Below, piece by piece: positions 45,936 through 55,752 of a stretch of 64,000 bases of DNA; position 1 is the first letter of the stretch; every line of letters starts with the position of its first letter. Source of the DNA: Lewinellaceae bacterium (GTDB lineage: Bacteria > Bacteroidota > Bacteroidia > Chitinophagales > Saprospiraceae); the NCBI GenBank assembly GCA_947459655.1, contig CANHEE010000001.1, positions 39,493-103,492 on the forward strand, read 5' to 3'. A model generated the notes under the pieces. That model was not told the DNA's origin. It saw only the letters and a list, made by a program, of their open reading frames with translations, and ran no database searches. The position numbers were made by a program, and so were the translations under genes.

Positions 45936-47432
45936 ATGTTTCCAATTAAACTTACCAATAGTCTTAGCGGACAAAAAGAAACGTTCAAACCACTGGTTGC
46001 CGGACGCGTGGGTATGTACGTTTGCGGACCCACCGTTTACAGCGATGTACACCTTGGAAATTGCCGCACATTCACCAGCTTTGATATCATTTACCGCTAT
46101 TTTCTGTACACCGGATACAAGGTTCGCTATGTCAGAAACATCACGGATGTAGGACATCTCGAAGGGGATGCTGATACAGGTGCTGAAGACAAAATGGCTA
46201 AAAGAGCACGCCTTGAACAGCTTGAGCCGATGGAGGTGGCACACAAGTACACGCTTGGTTTCCACGACATGATGAAAATTTTCAACACCCTTTCTCCCTC
46301 CATTGAACCGAGGGCAACCGGACATATTCCGGAGCAGATAGAAATGGTTCAGGAAATCATGGCCAATGGTTTTGCCTATGAAAAAAACGGTTCTGTCTAT
46401 TTCAATACGGTTAAATTCGCCAAAGAGCACCCCGAAATCTATGGCAAATTATCCGGCCGAATTATAGAGGATCTCATTTCTGAATCCAGAGACAACCTGA
46501 AAAACCAGGATGAAAAGAACCATCCTTCCGATTTCGCTATCTGGATAAAGGGGTCGGAAGAGCACTTGATGAAGTGGAAATCGCCGTGGTCGACTGGTTT
46601 TCCGGGCTGGCACCTGGAATGTTCTGCCATGAGTACCAAATATCTGGGGGAAAAGTTTGATATTCACGGAGGAGGTTTTGACCTGAAATTTCCACACCAC
46701 GAAAACGAAATTGCGCAGAATTTTGGATCCTGCGGCAGTACACCATGCAATTACTGGATGCATGCCAACATGCTTTTGATGAATGGCAGAAAAATGTCCA
46801 AAAGCGATGGCAATACCATTACACCGCAGCAACTTTTTACCGGGGATAGTGTTCATATTTCAAAGGCTTATAGTCCGATGACGGTTCGCTTTTTTATGCT
46901 GCAGTCGCACTACAGAAGTACCTTGGATCTGACAGATGATGCGTTGCTGGCGGCAGAAAAAGGATACCGTCGCCTGATGGAGGCATACAAGGTGCTCAAT
47001 ACACTGGAAAGCAACAGCGCCGCAGGTGAATTGGATGAGGAAATCAACTTCATTGCGGATGCTGCATTTGCCAATATGAGCGACGATTTCAATACGCCAA
47101 AAGCACTTGCTTCCCTGTTCGATCTGGCCAGCAAAATATACAGTTTTCAGGCGGGACATTTATCCATCGCATCTGTAGGCAAAACTACGCTGGAGCGTTT
47201 GAAAAAACTATTCCAAGATTTTATCTTTGATATTTTTGGATTGATAGACGAAACAAGCAGCGGAGGAGATCAGGAGGTCGTCGGGGGACTGATGGAACTG
47301 ATTTTGAAGATCAGAGCCAATGCAAGAACCAACAAGGACTGGACTACATCCGACCAGATTCGAGATGCGCTCAATGAAGCCGGAATCCAGGTCAAAGACG
47401 GAAAAGAAGGTGCAGCGTGGACAAGAATCTGA
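45936..47432 (+). CDS. cysS: cysteine--tRNA ligase
   Basis: CGPTVYSDVHLGNCRT (HIGH region), KMSKS (RKMSKSDGN) and WHLECSAM zinc-site residues. Confidence 0.95.
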   Translation: MFPIKLTNSLSGQKETFKPLVAGRVGMYVCGPTVYSDVHLGNCRTFTSFDIIYRYFLYTGYKVRYVRNITDVGHLEGDADTGAEDKMAKRARLEQLEPMEVAHKYTLGFHDMMKIFNTLSPSIEPRATGHIPEQIEMVQEIMANGFAYEKNGSVYFNTVKFAKEHPEIYGKLSGRIIEDLISESRDNLKNQDEKNHPSDFAIWIKGSEEHLMKWKSPWSTGFPGWHLECSAMSTKYLGEKFDIHGGGFDLKFPHHENEIAQNFGSCGSTPCNYWMHANMLLMNGRKMSKSDGNTITPQQLFTGDSVHISKAYSPMTVRFFMLQSHYRSTLDLTDDALLAAEKGYRRLMEAYKVLNTLESNSAAGELDEEINFIADAAFANMSDDFNTPKALASLFDLASKIYSFQAGHLSIASVGKTTLERLKKLFQDFIFDIFGLIDETSSGGDQEVVGGLMELILKIRANARTNKDWTTSDQIRDALNEAGIQVKDGKEGAAWTRI

Positions 47433-47455
47433 GCTCAATACACAAAATAAACACT

Positions 47456-49492
47456 ATGACATCTTTCAAAAAGCAAATTCTGGAGGGTATTCCAGCCAGA
47501 CTACCCGAGGCGAAACCATACGATCCGGAGCTGAGTCATGCACCCAAAAGAAACATTGAGCACACCCTCAGTGACGAAGAGAGAAAATTGGCACTTCACA
47601 ACGCCCTGCGCTATTTTCCTGAAAAACACCATACCAGGTTGGCACCCGAGTTTGCTGAAGAACTTGAAAAATACGGCCGCATCTACATGCACAGGTTCAG
47701 ACCCGATTATGAGATGAGGGCCAGATCTATTGATGAATATCCGTACAAGTCCAGACAGGCAGCGGCCATCATGCTGATGATTCAGAACAATCTGGACAAT
47801 AAAATCGCAAAGCACCCACATGAATTGATTACCTATGGTGGCAATGGTGCCGTCTTTCAGAACTGGGCCCAATACCGCTTGGTTATGCAGTACCTGGCGA
47901 AGATGACCAACAGGCAGACACTTGTACTCTATTCTGGTCACCCACTGGGACTCTTCCCTTCGCACAAGGATGCACCAAGGGTAGTGGTCACCAACGGAAT
48001 GATGATTCCAAATTACTCCAAAAAAGAAGATTGGAACAAATACAACGCATTGGGAGTCACCCAGTACGGCCAGATGACTGCAGGATCCTTCATGTATATC
48101 GGTCCGCAGGGCATCGTGCACGGCACAACCATTACCCTTCTGAATGCCGGACGCAAAAAGGGCCTCGGAAGCGATGACCTTAGGGGTAAGGTTTTCGTGA
48201 CTTCCGGACTTGGTGGAATGAGCGGCGCACAGGCTGTGGCTGCAGTTATTACCGGCTGCGTAGGGGTAATAGGCGAAACAGATGGCGATGCGGTGAACCA
48301 AAGGGTTACAGACGGCTATATTAGTAGGGAAAATGTCTATACCGATCTGCCAGCGCTCATTAAAAGAATTGAAGAATGCCGGAAAGCGAAAACGGCCATC
48401 GCTCTTGTTTATCACGGTAACATAGTCGATCTCTGGGAAGCTTTTGTAACGCACAATGTGAAGATAGAACTGGGTTCAGACCAGACTTCTCTGCACAATA
48501 TCGACGATTGCGGTTACACTCCGCAGGGTTACACGTTTGAAGAGGCGAAAAAACTCCTTATTGACGACAAGGCCCGATTTATGAAAGAGGTCAGAGAGAC
48601 ACTATGTCGTCATGTTGCCGCCGTAAATACCATGGCGGAAAGAGGAATGTATTTCTGGGACTATGGGAATGCTTTCCTTAAAGAAGCGGGAGATTCGGGA
48701 GCCGATGTCTTTGCAGACAAAAGCAGCGGCAAATACAAGTACGCTTCCTATGTCCAGGATATTCTCGGACCTCTGTGTTTTGACTATGGTTTTGGACCAT
48801 TCCGCTGGGTTTGTACTTCAGGCGACAAAAAAGACCTAGACCTTACAGACAAAATTGCGGAAAAAGTGCTTCGGGACCTTTATGCTGATGCTCCGGAAGA
48901 AATCAGAGGACAACTTCGGGACAATATCATCTGGATAGAGCATGCGGATAAAAATATACCGGTTGTCGGATCCATGGCCAGGATTCTATATGCTGATGCA
49001 GAAGGCCGAATGCTGATTGCCAAGGCTTTCAACGATGCGATTGCTGCGGGAGAGATTTCTGCACCGATTGTTCTTGGAAGAGACCACCATGATGTCAGCG
49101 GTACCGACTCCCCTTTCAGAGAAACCTCAAACATCTATGACGGAAGCAGGTTTACTGCAGATATGGCTGTGCACAATGCCATTGGTGATTCATTCAGGGG
49201 TGCAACATGGGTTTCGCTGCACAATGGCGGCGGTGTGGGCTGGGGAGAGGTCATCAACGGCGGTTTCGGGATGGTTATTGATGGCAGCGCTGATTCAGAA
49301 CGCAGATTACTGTCCATGCTTTTCTGGGATGTCAACAACGGTATAGCCAGAAGGGCCTGGGCGAGAAATCCGGAGGCCGTATTTGCTATCAAGCGTGCGA
49401 TGAAATCCCGCATCGATCTAAAAGTTACCCTTGCCAATCTGGCCTCCGATGAAGTTGTAGAGAAGGCATTGAAAAAAGCGAGAAAAAAGTAG
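47456..49492 (+). CDS. hutU: urocanate hydratase (long form)
   Basis: TYGGNGAVFQNW, GLGGMSGAQ and GRDHHD motifs. ATG at 47456 is preferred over the tracked GTG, which overlaps cysS. Confidence 0.9.
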   Translation: MTSFKKQILEGIPARLPEAKPYDPELSHAPKRNIEHTLSDEERKLALHNALRYFPEKHHTRLAPEFAEELEKYGRIYMHRFRPDYEMRARSIDEYPYKSRQAAAIMLMIQNNLDNKIAKHPHELITYGGNGAVFQNWAQYRLVMQYLAKMTNRQTLVLYSGHPLGLFPSHKDAPRVVVTNGMMIPNYSKKEDWNKYNALGVTQYGQMTAGSFMYIGPQGIVHGTTITLLNAGRKKGLGSDDLRGKVFVTSGLGGMSGAQAVAAVITGCVGVIGETDGDAVNQRVTDGYISRENVYTDLPALIKRIEECRKAKTAIALVYHGNIVDLWEAFVTHNVKIELGSDQTSLHNIDDCGYTPQGYTFEEAKKLLIDDKARFMKEVRETLCRHVAAVNTMAERGMYFWDYGNAFLKEAGDSGADVFADKSSGKYKYASYVQDILGPLCFDYGFGPFRWVCTSGDKKDLDLTDKIAEKVLRDLYADAPEEIRGQLRDNIIWIEHADKNIPVVGSMARILYADAEGRMLIAKAFNDAIAAGEISAPIVLGRDHHDVSGTDSPFRETSNIYDGSRFTADMAVHNAIGDSFRGATWVSLHNGGGVGWGEVINGGFGMVIDGSADSERRLLSMLFWDVNNGIARRAWARNPEAVFAIKRAMKSRIDLKVTLANLASDEVVEKALKKARKK

Positions 49493-49639
49493 AAAAGGTT
49501 GGCCAACATCCGTTTTACCCGTAAAATCTTTTTTTCTTTTTAACGTTAAATTGCAGTTAAAGCGAGCCATTTTTTCCGGGGGATTTGCTTTGTGGAGTTG
49601 CCGGATGTATTTTTGTACAGAAAAAAATACCCTTTTTGA

Positions 49640-52600
49640 ATGTTACAGTATAAAGACAATTACCAGTTGTTGATAGAGAAGCTGGATCAGTTTATTCGCA
49701 AATACTATGTGAATCAACTGGTCAGAGGTAGTTTGTATACTGTTGCTACCCTGCTGTTGCTCTTTTTGTCTTTTAGTTTACTCGAATATTATTTTTATTT
49801 CAAGCCATTCGTCCGGAAAACCATGTTTTGGAGTTTCATCGGTATGAGTGCGCTTGCATGCTGGAACTGGCTGGCATTACCCATGCTGCATTACTATCGG
49901 CTGGGCAAGATTATTTCTCATGAAAAGGCTGCCCATATTATTGGCAATCATTTTACAGATGTCAAGGATAAACTCTTGAACATCCTCCAGCTGAAACAGC
50001 AATCGCAAAATGCTGCGCAGGCTGAACTGATTATGGCCAGCATCAATCAAAAATCAGAGGAGATCAGGTTTGTGCCGTTCAAGGCAGCCATCAATTTGTC
50101 GCAGAACCGCAAATATTTAAAATATGCACTTCCGCCCCTTTTGCTACTATTGTTTTTGCTGGTAGCCGCACCAAGCATCATTAGGGATTCCACAAGGAGG
50201 CTGATCAACAACAATCAGGTATTTGCACGCCCTGCACCGTTTAAGTTCGTTGTAAATCCAGATAGTCTTACGGCGGTTCAGTTTTCCGATTTCACGCTGA
50301 AGGTAAAGACGGAGGGCAATGCGGTACCTGCCGACGTTTTCATCAATATTGACAATTACCAGTACAGGCTGAGCAAGGAAGACGACGGTACTTTTAGTTA
50401 CAAGTTCAGCAATATCCAGAAAGAAACCGCCTTTACATTATATGGCGGCGGCGTCAGTTCAGATGAACTTTTGCTTAATGTCATCAAGAAGCCGGACATT
50501 CTGGGTTTCGATGTACAGCTTGATTATCCATCCTATACAGGTCGTCCCGATGAGGACCTTTCCAATGTCGGAGACCTCGTTGTTCCGTTGGGTACAAACA
50601 TCAACTGGTTTTTCAATGCACAGAATACAGACAATATAAGAATCCGTTTTTCCGCCAAAGGTGAGACGGTCGAGACAAAGCGTAATGGTCAGGTTACCTT
50701 CCAACACCGGAAAATGGCATCGGCAGATGAGACCTACAAGGTTTTTATTTCCAATGCTCAGCTGCCGAATGCAGATTCAATCGCCTACACCATTACCCTG
50801 ATTCCCGATTTGTATCCCTCAATTGCAATGGAACGGTTTGTGGATAGTGCAAATCTGAAGCAAATATTCTTTGCCGGTGATGCCAGCGATGATTATGGCT
50901 TGAAAGCGCTGACGTTCAATTATTCCATAAAAAAGCAGGATGGTTCAGAGGGTGAGCAGGTGGTTGTTCCGATACAGAAACCTTCCGGCAAACAGATTCA
51001 GTTTCAATACAATTTTGACATCTCCACCCTGCCACTTAAACCCGGTGACGAGGTAACCTATTTCTTCGAAATCTACGACAATGACGCCATCAACGGCTCA
51101 AAATCCACTCGGACGAATCCAATGAGTTTCGCACTCCCAACAGTGGAAGAGTTTCAGAAAAAGGAGGAAAAGAACAACGATCAGATCAAGGATGAGCTGG
51201 AAAAAGCCATAAAGGAAACGAAAAAGACGCAGGAAGAACTACAGAAGATGCGGGAAAAGTTGCTGCAGAAGAAAGAAATGGACTGGCAGGATAAAAAGCA
51301 ACTTGAAAACCTGCTGAACAAGCAAAAGGAAATTCAGAAACAGATAGAATCGGCAAAAGAGAAGTTTCAGGAAAACCTCAAAAACCAGGAGGAATTCAAA
51401 GAGCCTACAGAGACGCTACAGAAGAAACAGGAACAACTGGAAAAACTTTTCAATGAGCTCCAGAATCCGGAGATGAAAAAGCTCATGGAGGACATCGAGA
51501 AGCTGATGCAGCAACTCGAAAAAGAAAATACGCTCGATAAAATGGAGCAAATGCAGATGAGCACCGAAGAGATGAACATGGAGATGGACAGAATGCTCGA
51601 ACTGTTCAAAAACCTCGAGGTGGAGCAAAAGCAGGAGGAACAAATCAAAAAGCTTGAGGAAATGGCCAAAAAACTGGAAGACCTCAGCAAGAAAACTGAA
51701 AACGCAGACAAGTCTGATAAAGAGCAGCAGGACGAACTGAAGAAAGAACAGGAACAGCTGAATAAGGAATTTGACAAGCTGAAGGAGGATCAGAAAGACC
51801 TAGAGAAGAAAAACGAAGAGCTGGAGCGCCCCAAGGACATGGAGAAAATGGATCAGGAGATGAAAGATGCTGATCAGGACATGAAAGACAGCAAACAAGA
51901 GATGGACAAGGGGGAGAATAAGAAGGCATCCAAAAAGCAGAAGCAGGCCGCCGGAAAGATGAAGGATATGGCCAATAAAATGAAGTCCAACCAGCAGAAA
52001 GGGGCTATGGAAGAGCAGGAAGAAGATATGAAAACCCTGCGTCAGCTACTTGAAAACCTTGTGGGATTGTCATTTGAGCAAGAAAGCCTTATGAAACTCA
52101 CCTCCGTTACGCAGATCAATACGCCAAAATATGTGCAACTCGTCCAAGATCAGTACAAAATCAAGGACAATTTCCAGATAGTCGAAGATACATTGGTTGC
52201 GCTCTCTAAAAGGCAGGCAAAACTAGAGTCGTTTATTACGGAAAAAGTGTCTGAAATCAAGCAGAACCTTAGAAAGGGAATTTCCGAGCTGGAAGAGCGT
52301 CAGGCGCCGCAGGCAGGTGAGCAACAGCAACGCACCATGAAAAACCTCAACGACTTAGCACTGATGCTGGCAGAATCCATGCAGCAAATGCAGGAACAGA
52401 TGGGCGAAATGAAAGAGGGAAATCAGCAGTGCAATAAACCGGGTAAAAAGTCGAAAGGAAAGGGTGGCAGTGAGCCGATGGATAAAATGACGCAGGGGCA
52501 GAAAGAGATGAATGAAGGCCTGAAAAAGATGAAAGACAATCTTCAAAAAGGCCAGCAACCAGGATCGCAGGAATTTGCCAAGGCAGCAGCCCGACAGGCA

Positions 52601-52990
52601 GCGATGCGGAACGCCCTCAGGCAGCTAGATAAGGAAAAGCGGCAGGAAGGTAAGGGAACAGACCCCAACATACAAAAAGCCATTGAAGGAATGGAAAAGG
52701 TGGAAACCGACCTGGTAAACAAGCGCCTGACCAATGAGACCCTGCAACGCCAGGAAGAGATTCTGACCAGACTACTCGAAGCAGAACGGGCAGAACGCGA
52801 AAGAGAATTTGACAACAAGCGGAAGGCCGAACAGGCAAGAAATATGGATGCCAAAGCCCCGCCTTCGCTACAGGAATACCTCAAAAAACGCCAGGCAGAA
52901 GTTGAGCTGTACAGGACAGTTTCTCCCGGACTGAAACCATACTACAAATCGCTGGTGGAGGAGTACCTGAAGACACTTAAAAAGTATTGA
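49640..52990 (+). CDS. large membrane-anchored protein with a long K/E/Q-rich coiled coil (DUF4175-like)
   Basis: 1116 aa. N-terminal TM helices (aa ~30-80 and ~160-180), a beta-rich middle region, then about 600 aa of charged heptad-like sequence. The DUF4175 assignment is from memory and is tentative. Confidence 0.55.
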   Translation: MLQYKDNYQLLIEKLDQFIRKYYVNQLVRGSLYTVATLLLLFLSFSLLEYYFYFKPFVRKTMFWSFIGMSALACWNWLALPMLHYYRLGKIISHEKAAHIIGNHFTDVKDKLLNILQLKQQSQNAAQAELIMASINQKSEEIRFVPFKAAINLSQNRKYLKYALPPLLLLLFLLVAAPSIIRDSTRRLINNNQVFARPAPFKFVVNPDSLTAVQFSDFTLKVKTEGNAVPADVFINIDNYQYRLSKEDDGTFSYKFSNIQKETAFTLYGGGVSSDELLLNVIKKPDILGFDVQLDYPSYTGRPDEDLSNVGDLVVPLGTNINWFFNAQNTDNIRIRFSAKGETVETKRNGQVTFQHRKMASADETYKVFISNAQLPNADSIAYTITLIPDLYPSIAMERFVDSANLKQIFFAGDASDDYGLKALTFNYSIKKQDGSEGEQVVVPIQKPSGKQIQFQYNFDISTLPLKPGDEVTYFFEIYDNDAINGSKSTRTNPMSFALPTVEEFQKKEEKNNDQIKDELEKAIKETKKTQEELQKMREKLLQKKEMDWQDKKQLENLLNKQKEIQKQIESAKEKFQENLKNQEEFKEPTETLQKKQEQLEKLFNELQNPEMKKLMEDIEKLMQQLEKENTLDKMEQMQMSTEEMNMEMDRMLELFKNLEVEQKQEEQIKKLEEMAKKLEDLSKKTENADKSDKEQQDELKKEQEQLNKEFDKLKEDQKDLEKKNEELERPKDMEKMDQEMKDADQDMKDSKQEMDKGENKKASKKQKQAAGKMKDMANKMKSNQQKGAMEEQEEDMKTLRQLLENLVGLSFEQESLMKLTSVTQINTPKYVQLVQDQYKIKDNFQIVEDTLVALSKRQAKLESFITEKVSEIKQNLRKGISELEERQAPQAGEQQQRTMKNLNDLALMLAESMQQMQEQMGEMKEGNQQCNKPGKKSKGKGGSEPMDKMTQGQKEMNEGLKKMKDNLQKGQQPGSQEFAKAAARQAAMRNALRQLDKEKRQEGKGTDPNIQKAIEGMEKVETDLVNKRLTNETLQRQEEILTRLLEAERAEREREFDNKRKAEQARNMDAKAPPSLQEYLKKRQAEVELYRTVSPGLKPYYKSLVEEYLKTLKKY

Positions 52991-52992
52991 AA

Positions 52993-53024
52993 AAGGGCCC
53001 GCAAATTTTTGAGGGCCCTTTTCT
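52993..53024. terminator. bidirectional intrinsic terminator
   Basis: AAGGGCCC (52993-53000) pairs with GGGCCCTT (53013-53020), with an A-run and a T-run on the flanks. It lies between convergent genes. Confidence 0.7.
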
Positions 53025-54846
53025 ATTTCTTGCCTAAGTGCTTTTCAAAAAAAACCGCCTTGGGCTTTTGCAGATCTTCCACCGAAAGTGGTTTTCCTTC
53101 CGTATGCCAGTTAAAACCGCTCAGCCTGTACTGGTTGAAATTCCGGACGGACTTCAGTGGTGTAATATTGCCCTTGGGTTGTGAGAAAAAATCAATTTTT
53201 TTGACCTTACCGCTGTCCCAGTGAATAGTCATTTCGCTGCATTTCACCTTATTGATTCCGATGTAGGCATTCTTGTCATCCGTTGCAAAATATACGGATT
53301 CGGCATTGCCGTCGACATTCATACGCTCAACCCGCGAATCTGTAAAGAAGGCGGTTATATCGCGTCCTTTAATCTGGTTAAAAAGATCCTTTCCGAGTCC
53401 ATTGATGATGAAACTTTTATTGAAAAGACTGATTTTATCCAGTTTCTTTTTTGCCAGGACAAGGTGAATGGTATCTGCTGAAAACTGGGAGGTGTCAGAC
53501 CACAGAACTGGCGCCCTGAAAAGTCTGAAAGTGGAGTCGCGGTCGCTGTAATACAGGGAATCGCAGGTGCCACTCAGATCCTTTTTATAAATCCGGACGT
53601 CGTGGTAGGCTTTCATGCTTTGCAGACTATCGATTTTTTCCGAAACGAGGGTATCCGCACTCAGGAACAGCGAATCGTTGTCAATCAGCGTAATCATTAG
53701 AGGTCGTTTTCCCCTGGTTTTCAAATAATTACGATCACGATTGTAATCCATGGCTTCGCATTGTATGGAAACGTTCTGTACGGTATCTCGCCAGATGACG
53801 TTGCCCGATGCCATACCTGTTCCATTGACTTTGTCGTAAACAACGTGGTCTGCTTCCAGAATATTCCCGGTGTTACCGATCACGGAGCGGCCTTCGGTGC
53901 TGAAAGACTCTGTCTTGTTATTGTAGCGTATTTTTTTTCCTGCAATCTGCTGTTTTTCGTCTTTGTAGGAAGCGTTCCCAATCAGTCGCGTTTCGCCAGC
54001 GCTCTGGCTGTATATGATGGTGTCTGCCTTGGCAACTTTAAGGCTATCCTGAAAACGTGCGTTTTTGCTGAGGAAAATTTCTTTTGCCGATCCATCATAG
54101 CGAATGGTATCTGCGACGGCTCTCTGATTGTTTTTGCGGAATTGTGGATTTTGCAGAAACTCGGCCTTTTTCAATTTGAAGTCGTAGTATCCGCGCTCGC
54201 AGTAGATGTCAGCGCTGTCTTGGCGGATTCGGGTTGGCGCAAGAAAGATGGCTGTTTTATCGTCAGTATTGTATTGCAGGGTATCGGTTTTCAGCGTAAA
54301 ATCCCGGTCGTTGATAAAAACCTTGTTTTTGAAAAACACTTCTTTGCTGTTGACGAAATACTCTCCCTCCCTACTGTAAATCTGTGTTTTGTCACTGATT
54401 ATCTTTCCACCTCTGCGGTAGGAGCCTATTCTTTTCCCCACATTGTAATTCAGCGTTTTCCATGCGTATAGCACCTTGCTACCCGTTTTCAGCACAACAT
54501 CCTGATCAGCATAAAGGTCGGCGATTTTGGTAATGCTATTGTACACCAGAGAATCCGAAAACACTGCCACAGAATCTGTCTGCTGGATGATGACATTTCC
54601 AAAGGCTCGCAGTTTTGTACTGTTTTCAATCAGCGCCGAATCGCAGTACATGAATACTGAGTCCTGGTGCAACCAGACATTTCCGATGAGTTTTTGGGTA
54701 ACCACTCCCTTATTGGAAAAGTACTCGAGACGATCCGACTTGTCTACTTTTATCACATCCTTTTCGGCAGCCACAGGAGTTTGTTGCCCCCTGGCGCAGA
54801 GGAAACCGAACAGAAAAACAAGTATGACAATAGGTTTTTTAAGCAT
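53023..54846 (-). CDS. OstA-like (LptA/LptD N-terminal fold) repeat protein
   Basis: Signal peptide from the ATG at 54846. OstA-type beta-jellyroll segments are repeated (e.g. LIGNVWLHQDSVFMYCDSALIENSTKLRAFGNVII). Confidence 0.6.
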   Translation of the reverse strand: MLKKPIVILVFLFGFLCARGQQTPVAAEKDVIKVDKSDRLEYFSNKGVVTQKLIGNVWLHQDSVFMYCDSALIENSTKLRAFGNVIIQQTDSVAVFSDSLVYNSITKIADLYADQDVVLKTGSKVLYAWKTLNYNVGKRIGSYRRGGKIISDKTQIYSREGEYFVNSKEVFFKNKVFINDRDFTLKTDTLQYNTDDKTAIFLAPTRIRQDSADIYCERGYYDFKLKKAEFLQNPQFRKNNQRAVADTIRYDGSAKEIFLSKNARFQDSLKVAKADTIIYSQSAGETRLIGNASYKDEKQQIAGKKIRYNNKTESFSTEGRSVIGNTGNILEADHVVYDKVNGTGMASGNVIWRDTVQNVSIQCEAMDYNRDRNYLKTRGKRPLMITLIDNDSLFLSADTLVSEKIDSLQSMKAYHDVRIYKKDLSGTCDSLYYSDRDSTFRLFRAPVLWSDTSQFSADTIHLVLAKKKLDKISLFNKSFIINGLGKDLFNQIKGRDITAFFTDSRVERMNVDGNAESVYFATDDKNAYIGINKVKCSEMTIHWDSGKVKKIDFFSQPKGNITPLKSVRNFNQYRLSGFNWHTEGKPLSVEDLQKPKAVFFEKHLGKK

Positions 54847-54896
54847 AACATCGGGATGTGAGCAAGCAGCAAATAGCCTTCGTATTGCACGCACTA

Positions 54897-55748
54897 TCAG
54901 TCGAAGGTCAGACCTTTTGCCTTCAGCTTCCTATATTCTTTGGCAGAAACCAAGATGCTGATTTCATAGAGTCCATACAATGGCGAAAATACCAGCAGCA
55001 TGGATGCAGCATCGGGAGAAGGGGTTACGATGGCGGCTATGATCATGAGAATAACGACCGCATAACGACGGTATTCCCGTAGAAATGTAGGCGTAATGAT
55101 GCCCATTTTTGTTAAAAAGAAAATGACAACCGGCAGTTCAAAAACGATTCCCAGCGGAATGGTCATCATGACAAGCAAATCAATATAGTCGGATATTTTG
55201 TAAAAACCCTGTGTCATGGGCAAGCCATAGTTTGAGAGGAAAACAATGGCCAGTGGAGCTACGACATAGTATCCGAACAGCACACCGATGAAAAACAGTA
55301 TGCCACTGACGGCTACTACATTGCCGGCGGCGCTTCGCTCTTTGGCCAACAAGCCGGGGCTGATGAATCGCCATGCCTCCCAGATGAAATAGGGAAAAAC
55401 AATGGCCAGGGAAATCCAGAACGAGATGCTCATGTGGGTAATGAACGCCTCACTCATCCCGGTAACGATAAAAGTAGTGACACTTGGCGGATCAAAACAA
55501 GTGGATTCAGAAAAACCGCAGAGCAGCCGGAAGGTAATGAAATCAGCCCTTACCGGACCGAAAAGCAGACTGCTGAAAACGAAATCCTTCATCAGGAAAA
55601 CGCCGATGAATACGATAAAGAGTACAAAAACCGATCGGATGATGTGTCCCCTTAACTCATCGATGTGATCGAAAAAGGACATTTCCTTTTCCCTGGGTCC
55701 AGGAGTGGTCTCATCCCACTCATCTACATTTACTTGATCCAGAGGCAT
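54897..55748 (-). CDS. tatC: twin-arginine translocase subunit TatC
   Basis: MSFFDHIDELRGHIIRS N-terminus, six TM helices, and FISPGL and SPD motifs. Confidence 0.9.
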   Translation of the reverse strand: MPLDQVNVDEWDETTPGPREKEMSFFDHIDELRGHIIRSVFVLFIVFIGVFLMKDFVFSSLLFGPVRADFITFRLLCGFSESTCFDPPSVTTFIVTGMSEAFITHMSISFWISLAIVFPYFIWEAWRFISPGLLAKERSAAGNVVAVSGILFFIGVLFGYYVVAPLAIVFLSNYGLPMTQGFYKISDYIDLLVMMTIPLGIVFELPVVIFFLTKMGIITPTFLREYRRYAVVILMIIAAIVTPSPDAASMLLVFSPLYGLYEISILVSAKEYRKLKAKGLTFD

Positions 55749-55752
55749 ATAC

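Noticed and set aside
47501-48454. 317-aa ORF antisense to hutU. Similar long antisense ORFs occur at 45876-46430 (opposite cysS), 53761-54471 (opposite the OstA-like gene), 18608-19231 (opposite bshA), and 20583-21041 and 42886-43365.
   Set aside because: Each lies wholly inside a gene whose product carries unambiguous family motifs on the other strand. Their translations are low-complexity with no recognisable motifs. They are typical shadow ORFs.
51367-51929. Ser/Cys/Leu-rich and His/Leu-rich minus-strand ORFs (136, 75 and 81 aa) within the large coiled-coil gene.
   Set aside because: They are the complement of GAA/AAG/CAG-rich codons encoding the K/E/Q tract. This is a compositional artefact.
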